Of a stretch of DNA of 64,000 nt, positions 49,112 to 57,773 are shown piece by piece. A model generated the notes under the pieces. That model worked only from the letters and a program-made list of their open reading frames with translations, was not told where the DNA came from and ran no database searches. Origin of the DNA: Rhodospirillales bacterium. Its GTDB lineage: Bacteria > Pseudomonadota > Alphaproteobacteria > Kiloniellales > JACOMY01. The translations under genes were made by a program, and so were the position numbers. The stretch is taken from contig OY770024.1 of NCBI GenBank assembly GCA_963669375.1, positions 361,760 through 425,759 of the forward strand. The letters run 5' to 3'. Numbering within the stretch: the stretch's first letter is position 1; every line of letters starts with the position of its first letter.

Positions 49112-50341
49112 ATGTTCGACACTAATTGCATGACAGCCCAGCGCCCGAAGCTTTTCGGGCAAGAGATGCTTGAGAACCCCTACCCAGTATACAGCGAGCT
49201 GCGCATCAACAGTCCTGTCTATTGGGACAGGAACCTGGAGGCCTGGGTGGTCACCGGACACGGCGACGTCACGCGGATACTGAAGGACGACCGCTTCTCC
49301 AGCAATCGCGTGGACAGGGCGCGCGGCCGCTTCGCCGATCCACAGCTGAAGCCGCTGTTCGACACCCTCTCCCAACTGATGCTGCAGCGCGACGATCCCG
49401 ACCACGCGCGCTTGCGCAAGCTGGTGAACCACGCCTTTCAGCGGACCGCGATCGAGAGCTACGCCCCGCACATCGAGGCACTCGTCGACCGCCTGCTCGA
49501 TGAGGCCGAGGCGAGAGGCTCCTTCGACTTCGTATGGGACTTCGCCGTGCCGCTGCCGATCCTGGTGATCTCCGAGATCGTCGGCATCGCCGAGAAGGAC
49601 CGCGAGCGGGTGAAGGCCTGGTGCGACGACTTCTCCTACGTCGCGCTCAACTTCTACGCCAACATCGGCGAGGAGCACTTGCAGCGCGGGCTGGAGAGCG
49701 TGGAGGCCTTCAAGGATTATCTCGGCGCGCGGATCGACGCCCTGCGGGAACGGCCGGAGGACTGCCTCCTCGGCCACCTGGTCCAGGTGGAGGAAGAAGG
49801 CGATCGTTTGAACCTGGACGAACTGCTGGCCAACGTCCTGCTATTGCTGAACGCCGGCAACGAGACCACCACCGGCCTCTTGGCCAACGGCTTGCTGGCG
49901 CTGGTGAACAATCCCGACCAGCTGGCACTGCTGCGCGACGATCCGAGCTTGGTCTCCAGCGCCGTCGAGGAGTTCCTGCGCTACGACCCATCGGTGCAGT
50001 TCCTGGGCCGCGTCGCCAAGGAAGCAGCCACCCTGCACGGCCAGACGATCGCGCCAGGCGATCTGGTCTTCCTGGTCCTGGCGGCGGCCAATCGCGACCC
50101 GGTCGTCTTCACCCAGCCGGCGCGGCTCGATATCACGCGCGCGCACAACCGCCACCTGGGATTCGGCAATGGCCGACACCTCTGCGTCGGCCTGCAGCTG
50201 GCGAAGCTGGAAGGCAAGATCGCCTTCACCCGCGTTCTGGAGCGCTTTCCGAACCTGACGCTCGAAGCGGACAGCCTTCGTCACCGAGAGAACTTCAACA
50301 TGCGCTGTCCGCGGCACCTGCCGATCAGGATGGCGGCCTGA
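49112..50341 (+). CDS. Cytochrome P450 (paralogue A)
   Basis: A heme-thiolate loop (FGNGRHLCVGLQLA), an I-helix (LLNAGNETTT) and an ExxR motif (EEFLRYD) are present. The start follows an AGGGGAG site. Confidence 0.9.
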   Translation: MFDTNCMTAQRPKLFGQEMLENPYPVYSELRINSPVYWDRNLEAWVVTGHGDVTRILKDDRFSSNRVDRARGRFADPQLKPLFDTLSQLMLQRDDPDHARLRKLVNHAFQRTAIESYAPHIEALVDRLLDEAEARGSFDFVWDFAVPLPILVISEIVGIAEKDRERVKAWCDDFSYVALNFYANIGEEHLQRGLESVEAFKDYLGARIDALRERPEDCLLGHLVQVEEEGDRLNLDELLANVLLLLNAGNETTTGLLANGLLALVNNPDQLALLRDDPSLVSSAVEEFLRYDPSVQFLGRVAKEAATLHGQTIAPGDLVFLVLAAANRDPVVFTQPARLDITRAHNRHLGFGNGRHLCVGLQLAKLEGKIAFTRVLERFPNLTLEADSLRHRENFNMRCPRHLPIRMAA

Positions 50342-50466
50342 AACGAGTCACATGCTTGCCTGGGGGGCCAGGCAGGCGGCCCAGCTGGTCAGCGAGCCTC
50401 CCCAACCCGCTCGCCGCTGGGCCGCCACCGCGATAGACTGCCCCCCGCTAGAGAAGACCGGATAGG

Positions 50467-51717
50467 ATGGGGACGATGAAGAGCGGGATAGGCCGGGAGG
50501 TTCGTGACAGCCAGCTCTTCGGGGCGCGGATGCTGGAGGATCCCTATCCCCACTATGAGGCGCTGCGCCGCGCGGGTCCGATCCACTGGGACGAGAGCCT
50601 CAAGGCCTGGATCGTACTGGGCCATGACGAGGTGACCAAGGTCCTGAAGGACCCGCGCTTTTCCGCCGACAAGCCGAGCGTGGCGCGCACCCACTTCCCG
50701 GACCCCGAGCTGCAGCCGCTCTTCGACCTCATCTCGCTCAACATCGCCAACCGCGACGAGCCGGGCCACGGCCGCATCCGTAAGCTGGTCTCGCACGCCT
50801 TTCAGCGCACCGCCGTGGAGCGCTACGAAGCCGATATCACCAAGCGCGTGGACGACCTGATCGACGCCGGCCTGGCCAAGGGCCGCATGGACTTCGTCGC
50901 CGACTTCGCCATCCCGCTGCCGGTCATGGTGATCGCCGACATCGTCGGCATTCCGGCCGAGGACCGCGACCGGATCAAGGGCTGGTGCGACGACTACAGC
51001 TTCGTGGTGAACAACCTCTTCGCCAGCATCACCAAGGAACGCCTGCTGCGGGGCCTGGAGAGCACACTGGCCTTTCGCGAGTATCTGCGCGTCCAGGTGG
51101 ACCGCCTGCGCCAAGAGCCGGAAGACAGTCTGCTATCGCATCTGGTGACCACGGAAGAGGAAGGCGACCGCCTGACCCTGGACGAGCTCTTGATGAACGC
51201 TCTGCTCTTGCTCAACGCCGGCAACGAGACCACGACCTCTCTCTTGAGCAGCGGTCTGCTGGCCTTGCTGCGCCATCCGGAGCAGATGGCGCGGCTGCGC
51301 GCCGATCTCTCCTTGATCCCCTCCGCCGTCGAGGAGTTCCTGCGCTATGACCCGCCGGTGCAGTTCCTGGGACGCCTCGCCGCGGAGGATCTGGAGCTAT
51401 GCGGCAAGAGCGTCGCCAAGGGTGACGTGATGATCGCCGTCATCGCCGCCGCCGATCGCGACCCGGAGCGCTACCGGGATCCGGACCGCCTGGACGTGAC
51501 CCGCCAGCACAACCATCACTTGGCTTTCGGCCACGGCATCCACATCTGTGTTGGACTCCAGCTGGCGCGTCTGGAGGGCCGTATCGCCTTCAGCCGCTTG
51601 CTCGAACGACTGGAGACGATCGAGCTGGAGGCGGGCGCGGTGCTGCACCGAGAGAACTTCAACATGCGCTGCCCCGTGCACCTGCCGATCCGCATAGCCG
51701 CCAGGAACGGCACCTAG
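50467..51717 (+). CDS. Cytochrome P450 (paralogue B)
   Basis: FGHGIHICVGLQLA, LLNAGNETTT and EEFLRYD are present. The protein is collinear with paralogue A. Confidence 0.9.
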   Translation: MGTMKSGIGREVRDSQLFGARMLEDPYPHYEALRRAGPIHWDESLKAWIVLGHDEVTKVLKDPRFSADKPSVARTHFPDPELQPLFDLISLNIANRDEPGHGRIRKLVSHAFQRTAVERYEADITKRVDDLIDAGLAKGRMDFVADFAIPLPVMVIADIVGIPAEDRDRIKGWCDDYSFVVNNLFASITKERLLRGLESTLAFREYLRVQVDRLRQEPEDSLLSHLVTTEEEGDRLTLDELLMNALLLLNAGNETTTSLLSSGLLALLRHPEQMARLRADLSLIPSAVEEFLRYDPPVQFLGRLAAEDLELCGKSVAKGDVMIAVIAAADRDPERYRDPDRLDVTRQHNHHLAFGHGIHICVGLQLARLEGRIAFSRLLERLETIELEAGAVLHRENFNMRCPVHLPIRIAARNGT

Positions 51718-51830
51718 AGCGGGATGACGTCAAATCGAAACGATCTGACGTCTGAATCCCGCTCTACGTTCTTGAAAGAGAGAGCAGATTCACGCACAGA
51801 GGTTGTTCCACTTGAGTGCGATCTGCTCTA
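51716..51830 (+). repeat. REP/MITE-like double-hairpin element, full copy
   Basis: Unit A is agagcgggat..gacgtcaaatcgaaacgatctgacgtc..atcccgctct. Unit B is agagcagattcacgca..tgcgatctgctct. It is near-identical in layout to 58555-58668. Confidence 0.75.
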
Positions 51831-51850
51831 GGGAGGAGAGGAGCCACGCC

Positions 51851-52021
51851 ATGCGTCCCAAGCAACAGCGAGACATGATGCGCAGCGCCAGGCTGGGCCG
51901 TATGGGGGGTATGCGCGGCATGCGCATGGGCGGCGGCGGCGGTCAGATGGGCCTGCTGTTCTTGGCCCTCCGGCTCTTTCGTCGGATGGCGCGGTCCTTC
52001 GGGAAGTCCAAGCGGCTTTAG
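51851..52021 (+). CDS. Small Met/Gly/Arg-rich hypothetical protein (56 aa)
   Basis: The ATG lies 8 nt after GGGAGGAGAGGAG. GC3 is high. The sequence is MRPKQQRDMMRSARLGRMGGMRGMRMGGGGGQMGLLFLALRLFRRMARSFGKSKRL. It ends 9 nt before the GNAT start. Confidence 0.4.
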   Translation: MRPKQQRDMMRSARLGRMGGMRGMRMGGGGGQMGLLFLALRLFRRMARSFGKSKRL

Positions 52022-52030
52022 GTTCTTGGG

Positions 52031-52504
52031 ATGCGCACGGGACAGCACCCCTGCCAGCTCCGCGCGCTCAACGCCCTCCCCCCGGGTTTTGACCACCTGG
52101 CCGAAGAAACCAGCGCGGAGGGCCATTCCTTTCTTGCGCGGATGAGGCGGGAGTGGCGCGACGGGCGGAACCGCTTCGATCGCGCGGGCGAGCTTCTTCT
52201 CGCTGCCGTCGACGCAGAACGGCTGCTCGCCGTCGGCGGTCTCAATCAGGATCCCTATGCAAAGCGGCCGCGTATCGGACGCTTGAGGCATCTCTACGTC
52301 CGCGCCTGCGCGCGCCGCCTGGGCATCGCATCCCTGCTCGTCGACGATCTGCTGAACCACGCAGCGGCCCACTTCGAGGTGGTGCGTCTGCGCACGGACA
52401 ACCCGGCCGCCGCGGCGTTCTACCTCAAGAAGGGCTTCCGGGCGGTCCGGGAAGAGCATGCGACCCACCTCCTCCGCCTCTCCGGCTCCCCGAAAGTGGC
52501 TTGA
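52031..52504 (+). CDS. GNAT-family N-acetyltransferase
   Basis: A GNAT core is present: RLRHLYVRACARRLGIASLLVDDLLNHA..AAAAFYLKKGFRAV. Confidence 0.75.
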   Translation: MRTGQHPCQLRALNALPPGFDHLAEETSAEGHSFLARMRREWRDGRNRFDRAGELLLAAVDAERLLAVGGLNQDPYAKRPRIGRLRHLYVRACARRLGIASLLVDDLLNHAAAHFEVVRLRTDNPAAAAFYLKKGFRAVREEHATHLLRLSGSPKVA

Positions 52505-52505
52505 G

Positions 52506-54119
52506 TTAGGCCGCGTCCTCCAAGACCAAATCCGCGCCCTTCTCTCCTAGCATGATCGATGGGGCGTTGAGGTTGCCCGAGGGGATGGTCGGAAAGACGG
52601 AGGCGTCGATCACCCGAAGCGCCGCCAGGCCATGCACCCGCAATCGCGGATCGACCACCGAACTCCCCGGCGCCGGCCCCATGGCGCAGGTGCCGGAGGG
52701 ATGAAAGATGGTACTCGTCCGCTGGCGGATGTCCTCGATCAGGGCCTCGTCGCCGACGACGCTCTCGCCCGGCGTCATCTCCTCTTCGATGAGCGCCGCG
52801 AGCGCCGGCGTCGCCGCCATGCGGCGGACGAGCTGCACGCCTTCCAGCAGCTCCTGAAGGTCATGGTTGGTCGAGAGCCCCTTGGGGTGAATGGCCGGCG
52901 GCTCACGAGGGTCGGCCGAGCGCAGCTGTAGATGTCCGCGGCTGGTCGGGCGGCAGTTGGAGATGCCCAGCCGGAAGGCGGAGAAACCGTCGGGGTTCAT
53001 CAGCGGGCGCGTGCCGCTCGGCGCCGTGGTGTAGCTCACCGGCGAGAAGTAGAGCTGCAGGTTCGGGCGCGCCACGTCGGGCCGGCTGCGGCAGAAGCCG
53101 CCGCCTTGATTGAGGCTGAGGCGCAAGGGGCCCCGCCGCAGGAGGAGGTAGTTGGCGCCGGCCCATAGCTTGCCGGACCAGCTGTGCAGCGCGTCGTTCA
53201 AGGTCGGCTCAGTGCAGCGAAAGACGTAGTCGAGGCCGAGGTGGTCCTGCAGGTTCCGGCCGACCTCCGATGCCTCGCTCAGGACCTCGATGCCGAGATC
53301 CCTCAGCTGCCGCGCGGGACCGATGCCCGAGAGCTGCAGCAGCTGCGGCGAGTTGACGGCGCCCGCGGCCAGGATCACCTCGCGGCCGGCGCGTGCCTCC
53401 AGCCGCCTGCCGTTGCGCTCAAAGGCGATCCCGACGGCCCGCTTGCCCTCGAAGAGGATCTTCGTCGCCAAGGCCTTGGTGATGACCGTGAGATTGGGCC
53501 GGCGCATCGCCGGACGCAGGAAGGCCCGGGCCGCCGACACGCGGCGCCCGCCCCGCGCGGTGATCTGATAGAGGCCGACGCCGTCCTGGCTTTCCCCGTT
53601 GAGGTCGCGCAAGACCGGCAGCCCGACCTGGCGGCCGGCCTCCAGATAGGCCTGACAGATCGGATGCAGATCGGCCGAGACATCGGCCACGGTCAAGGGG
53701 CCATCTGCGCCGTGCAGCGCGTCGCCGCCCCAAGCATGGCATTCGGAGCGCTTGAAGTAGGGCAAGACGTCCCGCCAGCTCCATCCCCGATTGCCCGCCT
53801 CTTCCCAGGCGTCGTAGTCGGCCGCCTGGCCCCGGATGTAGACCATGGCGTTGATCGAGCTGGAGCCGCCCAGGACCTTGCCGCGTGGCCAGTAGTCCAC
53901 CCGGCCGGCGAGCCCCTGGTCGGGTTCGGCCTGGTACATCCAGTTGACGCGCCGGTCGAAGAAGGTCTTGCCGTAGCCGATCGGGACCTGGATCCAGAAG
54001 CGCCGGTCGCTGCCGCCGGCCTCCAACAGCAAGACCCTGTGCTTGCCGCTGGCGGTCAGGCGATTGGCCAGCACACAGCCGGCAGAGCCGGCACCGACGA
54101 TGACGTAGTCGTAGTCCAT
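52506..54119 (-). CDS. GMC-family FAD-dependent oxidoreductase (choline dehydrogenase-like)
   Basis: The true start is MDYDYVIVGAGSAGCVLANRLT (cat at 54117-54119). GGSSSINAM and a C-terminal HPSGTCAMG are present. The listed 607-aa ORF is an upstream extension. Confidence 0.88.
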   Translation of the reverse strand: MDYDYVIVGAGSAGCVLANRLTASGKHRVLLLEAGGSDRRFWIQVPIGYGKTFFDRRVNWMYQAEPDQGLAGRVDYWPRGKVLGGSSSINAMVYIRGQAADYDAWEEAGNRGWSWRDVLPYFKRSECHAWGGDALHGADGPLTVADVSADLHPICQAYLEAGRQVGLPVLRDLNGESQDGVGLYQITARGGRRVSAARAFLRPAMRRPNLTVITKALATKILFEGKRAVGIAFERNGRRLEARAGREVILAAGAVNSPQLLQLSGIGPARQLRDLGIEVLSEASEVGRNLQDHLGLDYVFRCTEPTLNDALHSWSGKLWAGANYLLLRRGPLRLSLNQGGGFCRSRPDVARPNLQLYFSPVSYTTAPSGTRPLMNPDGFSAFRLGISNCRPTSRGHLQLRSADPREPPAIHPKGLSTNHDLQELLEGVQLVRRMAATPALAALIEEEMTPGESVVGDEALIEDIRQRTSTIFHPSGTCAMGPAPGSSVVDPRLRVHGLAALRVIDASVFPTIPSGNLNAPSIMLGEKGADLVLEDAA

Positions 54120-54297
54120 GGCATGCTCTTCGAAGCGGCCCAAGCGAAGCTGCGATCGGCCCTCCTTAGCGGCGCTCTCGGCAAGGTGCCAGCGCAATCT
54201 GCGGCCTTTGTCGCTTTCTCTCCATCCAGGGGCTTCCACTCGCGCCGGGCTTTGTGGAAACTGCCGCCGGCGCGGCCAGCCGGCAGGGAGAGGCAGC

Positions 54298-55398
54298 ATG
54301 AAGATCCAATCGATAGAGAGCTTTACCACCCAGTACGTCGGCTTCGTGCGGGTGACCGCGGACGACGGCAGCCAAGGCTGGGGACAGGTCTCGACCTACA
54401 ACGCCGACATCTCGGCCCTGGTGCTGCACCGCCAGGTGGCGCCCTGGGCGCTGGGGGCCGACGCGCTCGACATCGAGGCGCTGATGCACGTCATCCCGAG
54501 ACGCGAGCACAAGTTTCCCGGCTCCTACCTCAGACGGGCGATGGGCGGGCTCGACACGGCGCTCTGGGATCTGCGCGGCAAGCTGGAAGGCAAGAGCGTC
54601 TGCGAGCTGATCGGCGGGACGCCCGGCCCCTTGCGCGCCTACGCTTCCTCCATGAAGCGGGACATCACGCCGGAGGACGAGGGCGCGCGCTTCAAGGCCT
54701 TGCGCGACCGCTTCGGCTTCGATGCCTTCAAGTTCCGCGTCGGCGCGGAGGTCGGCGAGGACCAGGACGAGTGGCCCGGCCGCACAGAGGCCGTCATCCC
54801 CGCGGTGCGCCGTGCCCTGGGCGACGAGGTGGCTTTGCTCGCCGATGCCAACAGCTGCTACAGCCCGGCGCGGGCCATCGAGGTCGGCCGCATGCTGCAG
54901 GACCACGGCGTCGGCCATTTCGAGGAGCCTTGCCCCTATTGGGAGCTTGAGCAGACCAAGGCGGTGACCGATGCCCTGGAGATCGACGTCACCGGCGGAG
55001 AGCAGGACTGCGACCTCTCCACCTGGCGGCATATGATCGAGATGCGGGCCGTCGACGTGGTGCAGCCCGACGTCTCCTATCTCGGCGGGCTCTGCCGCAC
55101 GCTGAAGGTGGCCAACATGGCGGCCGAGGCGGGCCTGCCCTGCACGCCGCATTGCGCCAACCTCTCGCTGGTCACCCTCTTCACCATGCATCTGCTGCGC
55201 GCCATTCCCAATGCGGGCAAGTATCTGGAGTTCTCGATCGAGGGGCCGGACTACTACCCCTGGCAAGAGGGCCTCTATCGGGAGTGGCCCTACAGCATCA
55301 CCGACGGGAAGGCGTGGGTGAGCGATGCGCCGGGCTGGGGCGTGGAGATCGCACCGCAGTGGCTCGCCGCGGCCGACCACAAGGAAAGCCGGCTCTAG
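54298..55398 (+). CDS. Enolase-superfamily enzyme (mandelate racemase/muconate lactonizing family)
   Basis: The protein begins MKIQSIESFTT after a GGGAGAGG site. AFKFRVG, LADANSCY, FEEP and GGEQD resemble the metal-ligand and catalytic strands. Confidence 0.8.
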   Translation: MKIQSIESFTTQYVGFVRVTADDGSQGWGQVSTYNADISALVLHRQVAPWALGADALDIEALMHVIPRREHKFPGSYLRRAMGGLDTALWDLRGKLEGKSVCELIGGTPGPLRAYASSMKRDITPEDEGARFKALRDRFGFDAFKFRVGAEVGEDQDEWPGRTEAVIPAVRRALGDEVALLADANSCYSPARAIEVGRMLQDHGVGHFEEPCPYWELEQTKAVTDALEIDVTGGEQDCDLSTWRHMIEMRAVDVVQPDVSYLGGLCRTLKVANMAAEAGLPCTPHCANLSLVTLFTMHLLRAIPNAGKYLEFSIEGPDYYPWQEGLYREWPYSITDGKAWVSDAPGWGVEIAPQWLAAADHKESRL

Positions 55399-55469
55399 CC
55401 GGCGAGAGCCCGGCGAAGATCTCTGCTAAGCTGAGGACGCAGGGTAACAGGGGCCAAGGAGCAGGCGAC

Positions 55470-55874
55470 ATGCGCTTCACTCTATCCGCGGCGATCATGC
55501 TGTTGGCGGTCGCGTTCGGCACGGCGAGCGCGGAAGAGCGCGATCCGGACCTTCGCGGCATCTGGGTGGGCGAAGCCAAGGCCGTCTACGTGGTGGCCCC
55601 CGGCCCGCCGACGGACGCGCGCTTCTCCACCTCCCAGATAACCCTGGAGATCAATCAGCAGGAGGATCGACGCTTCTCCGGTCTCATGACCGTCGACCAA
55701 ACGACCCGGCCGATCGCCGGCGTCATCGCCTTCGACGGCAAGATCTGGTGGTCGGAACCGGGCGGCTTCGTCGAAGGCCACTTGACCGATCCCGACACCT
55801 TCGAGGGTTGCTACGTCCGCATCAGCGCCTTCAGCCAATTGGCGGCCTGCGAGGTTCTGAAGCGCCAGAAGTGA
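55470..55874 (+). CDS. Secreted hypothetical protein (134 aa)
   Basis: A signal peptide (MRFTLSAAIMLLAVAFGTASA) is present. No family was recognised. Confidence 0.55.
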   Translation: MRFTLSAAIMLLAVAFGTASAEERDPDLRGIWVGEAKAVYVVAPGPPTDARFSTSQITLEINQQEDRRFSGLMTVDQTTRPIAGVIAFDGKIWWSEPGGFVEGHLTDPDTFEGCYVRISAFSQLAACEVLKRQK

Positions 55875-55883
55875 GGGGCGGCG

Positions 55884-56333
55884 TCACGCGGCTGTCCCTT
55901 TCGCCTCTCCGCCCGCCGCCTCCAGCGCGTCGGCCGCCCGGATCATGGTCCGTGACACCAGCCCGTAGACTTCGACCCAGGCCTGGCGCAGCGCGGGCGT
56001 CCAGCGTGCTCCCAAGCCCCTCTCCAAGGTCCAGAGCAGGGCCGCGCCGACATCCTGATAGTCTTGCCGACACACGCCGTAGCCGTGATGCCGCCGGCCC
56101 AGGTCCTCGAGCAGGGGTACGAGGCGATGCGGCTCCTCGAGGCTGGAAACCGCGAAGGTCAGGGCCTCCATCAGCGCCACATGCTGGCGGCGCATGTCGC
56201 TGCCGGCGAAGTGATGCTGAAGCCGCGGCGCGATCTCGAAGAGCCGTTCGTAGAAGAGCTCCGCCGCGCCCGCGCCCATGGGCTGCACCCTGGTCCAGCT
56301 TTGCTGCACCGCTTGCATTGCCTGGGGTGTCAT
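55884..56333 (-). CDS. Single-domain globin
   Basis: The sequence reads MTPQAMQAVQQSWTRVQP..AELFYERLFEIAPRLQHHF..LGRRHHGYGV (proximal His region). The start was chosen at the internal ATG, 8 nt after a GGAGTG site. Confidence 0.75.
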   Translation of the reverse strand: MTPQAMQAVQQSWTRVQPMGAGAAELFYERLFEIAPRLQHHFAGSDMRRQHVALMEALTFAVSSLEEPHRLVPLLEDLGRRHHGYGVCRQDYQDVGAALLWTLERGLGARWTPALRQAWVEVYGLVSRTMIRAADALEAAGGEAKGTAA

Positions 56334-56362
56334 CTCTTTTTCACTCCGATTGCGTCGGGGGC

Positions 56363-56539
56363 TTAGCGCCCCCGGCGGCCAAAAACCGACAAGAGGACGC
56401 TGCGCACCGCCAGTCCTCGTTCTTCTCGTGCCCGGGCGATCGCCCGCTGCATTTGGATTGTCCTGTGCGACATCCATTCCTGATCGGACATGACACCGTA
56501 ATCCTGAACTCTTTTATTCAACTGATTGACTTCTTTCAT
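56363..56539 (-). CDS. Small hypothetical protein (58 aa), not in the supplied ORF track
   Basis: The ATG (cat at 56537-56539) lies 4 nt after AAGGAGGGA. The hand translation is MKEVNQLNKRVQDYGVMSDQEWMSHRTIQMQRAIARAREERGLAVRSVLLSVFGRRGR. It is co-oriented with the globin gene and 29 nt upstream of it. Confidence 0.4.
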   Translation of the reverse strand: MKEVNQLNKRVQDYGVMSDQEWMSHRTIQMQRAIARAREERGLAVRSVLLSVFGRRGR

Positions 56540-56661
56540 CGGATCCCTCCTTGCATCTTCAGTCTTTTTTCTCGACCTCTTGTTGTCGAGTACACCTCAT
56601 GTAAATCTTGACTACGCTGAAGAAAAATGAATAATTGAGATGTTTTCGTTCTCGGGAGGAG

Positions 56662-57543
56662 ATGATGGACCTCACTGCTCTCAGGATCTTTCGCGCGGTG
56701 GTGCGCGAGGGCGGGGTAACGCGCGCGGCCGAGCATCTGAACCGGGTCCAGTCCAACGTCACCACCCGCGTGCGCCAGCTGGAGGAGGAACTGGGCGTCC
56801 AGCTCTTCATCCGCGAGGGCAAGCGCATGCACCTCTCGCCAGCCGGTCAGGTCTTGATCGACTACGCCGACCGTCTGCTGGACCTGGCCGAAGAGGCGCG
56901 CGAAGCGGTGCAGGACCTGGCGCTGCGCGGCACCTTGCGGGTCGGCGCCATGGAGAGCACGGCGGCGGTGCGCCTACCGGCCCCCTTGAGCGAATACCAC
57001 CGCCTCTACCCCGACGTCGTCTTGGAGCTGAGGACCGGCCACAAGGAGCTTCTGCTGCGCGCCCTCATGGCCGGCGAGGTGGATGTCGCCTTCATCCCCG
57101 AGCCCCTCTCCGAGGACAGCTTCGACAGGGTGACGGCCTTCGTCGAGGACCTAGTGATCGTGGCGGCCGGCGACCATCCGCCGATCGAGAGCAGCAACGC
57201 GCCGCCCGACACCATCGTGACCTTCGAGATCGGCTGTCCGCACCGCGCCGTGCTGGAGGCCTGGTATGAGACCCGAGGCTCGAAGCCACAGCATGTCATC
57301 GAGATGACCTCCTATCACGCCATGCTGGGCTGCGTGCTGGTGGGGATGGGTGTCGCGCTGCTGCCGCGCAGCGTGCTCAGCACTTTCCCCGAGGCCAAGC
57401 GGCTGAGCCTCCACCGGCTGCCGCCGGGACAAGACAGCCTGACCACGGCCTTCGCCTGGCGCCGCGGCGCGCACTCCGCCAAGGTCGACGCCATGATCGA
57501 AATCCTGAGGCCTCCTGCCGACGGGGAGTCTGCCGTGGCCTGA
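56662..57543 (+). CDS. LysR-family transcriptional regulator
   Basis: An N-terminal helix-turn-helix is present: MMDLTALRIFRAVVREGGVTRAAEHLNRVQSNVTTRVRQLEEELGVQLF. It is divergent from the small-ORF/globin pair. Confidence 0.88.
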   Translation: MMDLTALRIFRAVVREGGVTRAAEHLNRVQSNVTTRVRQLEEELGVQLFIREGKRMHLSPAGQVLIDYADRLLDLAEEAREAVQDLALRGTLRVGAMESTAAVRLPAPLSEYHRLYPDVVLELRTGHKELLLRALMAGEVDVAFIPEPLSEDSFDRVTAFVEDLVIVAAGDHPPIESSNAPPDTIVTFEIGCPHRAVLEAWYETRGSKPQHVIEMTSYHAMLGCVLVGMGVALLPRSVLSTFPEAKRLSLHRLPPGQDSLTTAFAWRRGAHSAKVDAMIEILRPPADGESAVA

Positions 57544-57773
57544 TCTGGCATCCGAGCGCGCTTGCCATGGCGGGTTTCGACGGCGCGAAGGGCGCGCCGC
57601 CCGAGATAGACTGCTCGACTAGGCTGCCGATGCCGTAGTAGACTGTTCCTTTGTTCGCTCGTCGGCTCGCACGCTTTCGCAGCGGTCTCCGCCAGCCCTC
57701 ACCCACCCCTTTACCTGTCATTGCCGCCGGCCGATGCCCTGCCCGCGGCCAGCAGATTCGCGAGGTCGATCCC

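Noticed and set aside
51851-52504. The small ORF plus the GNAT gene could be read as a GNAT-type toxin-antitoxin pair (TacT/AtaT-like).
   Set aside because: Known GNAT toxins pair with an upstream ~90-aa RHH/DUF1778 antitoxin. The 56-aa Met/Gly/Arg-rich ORF shows no such features, and the GNAT looks like a generic acetyltransferase.
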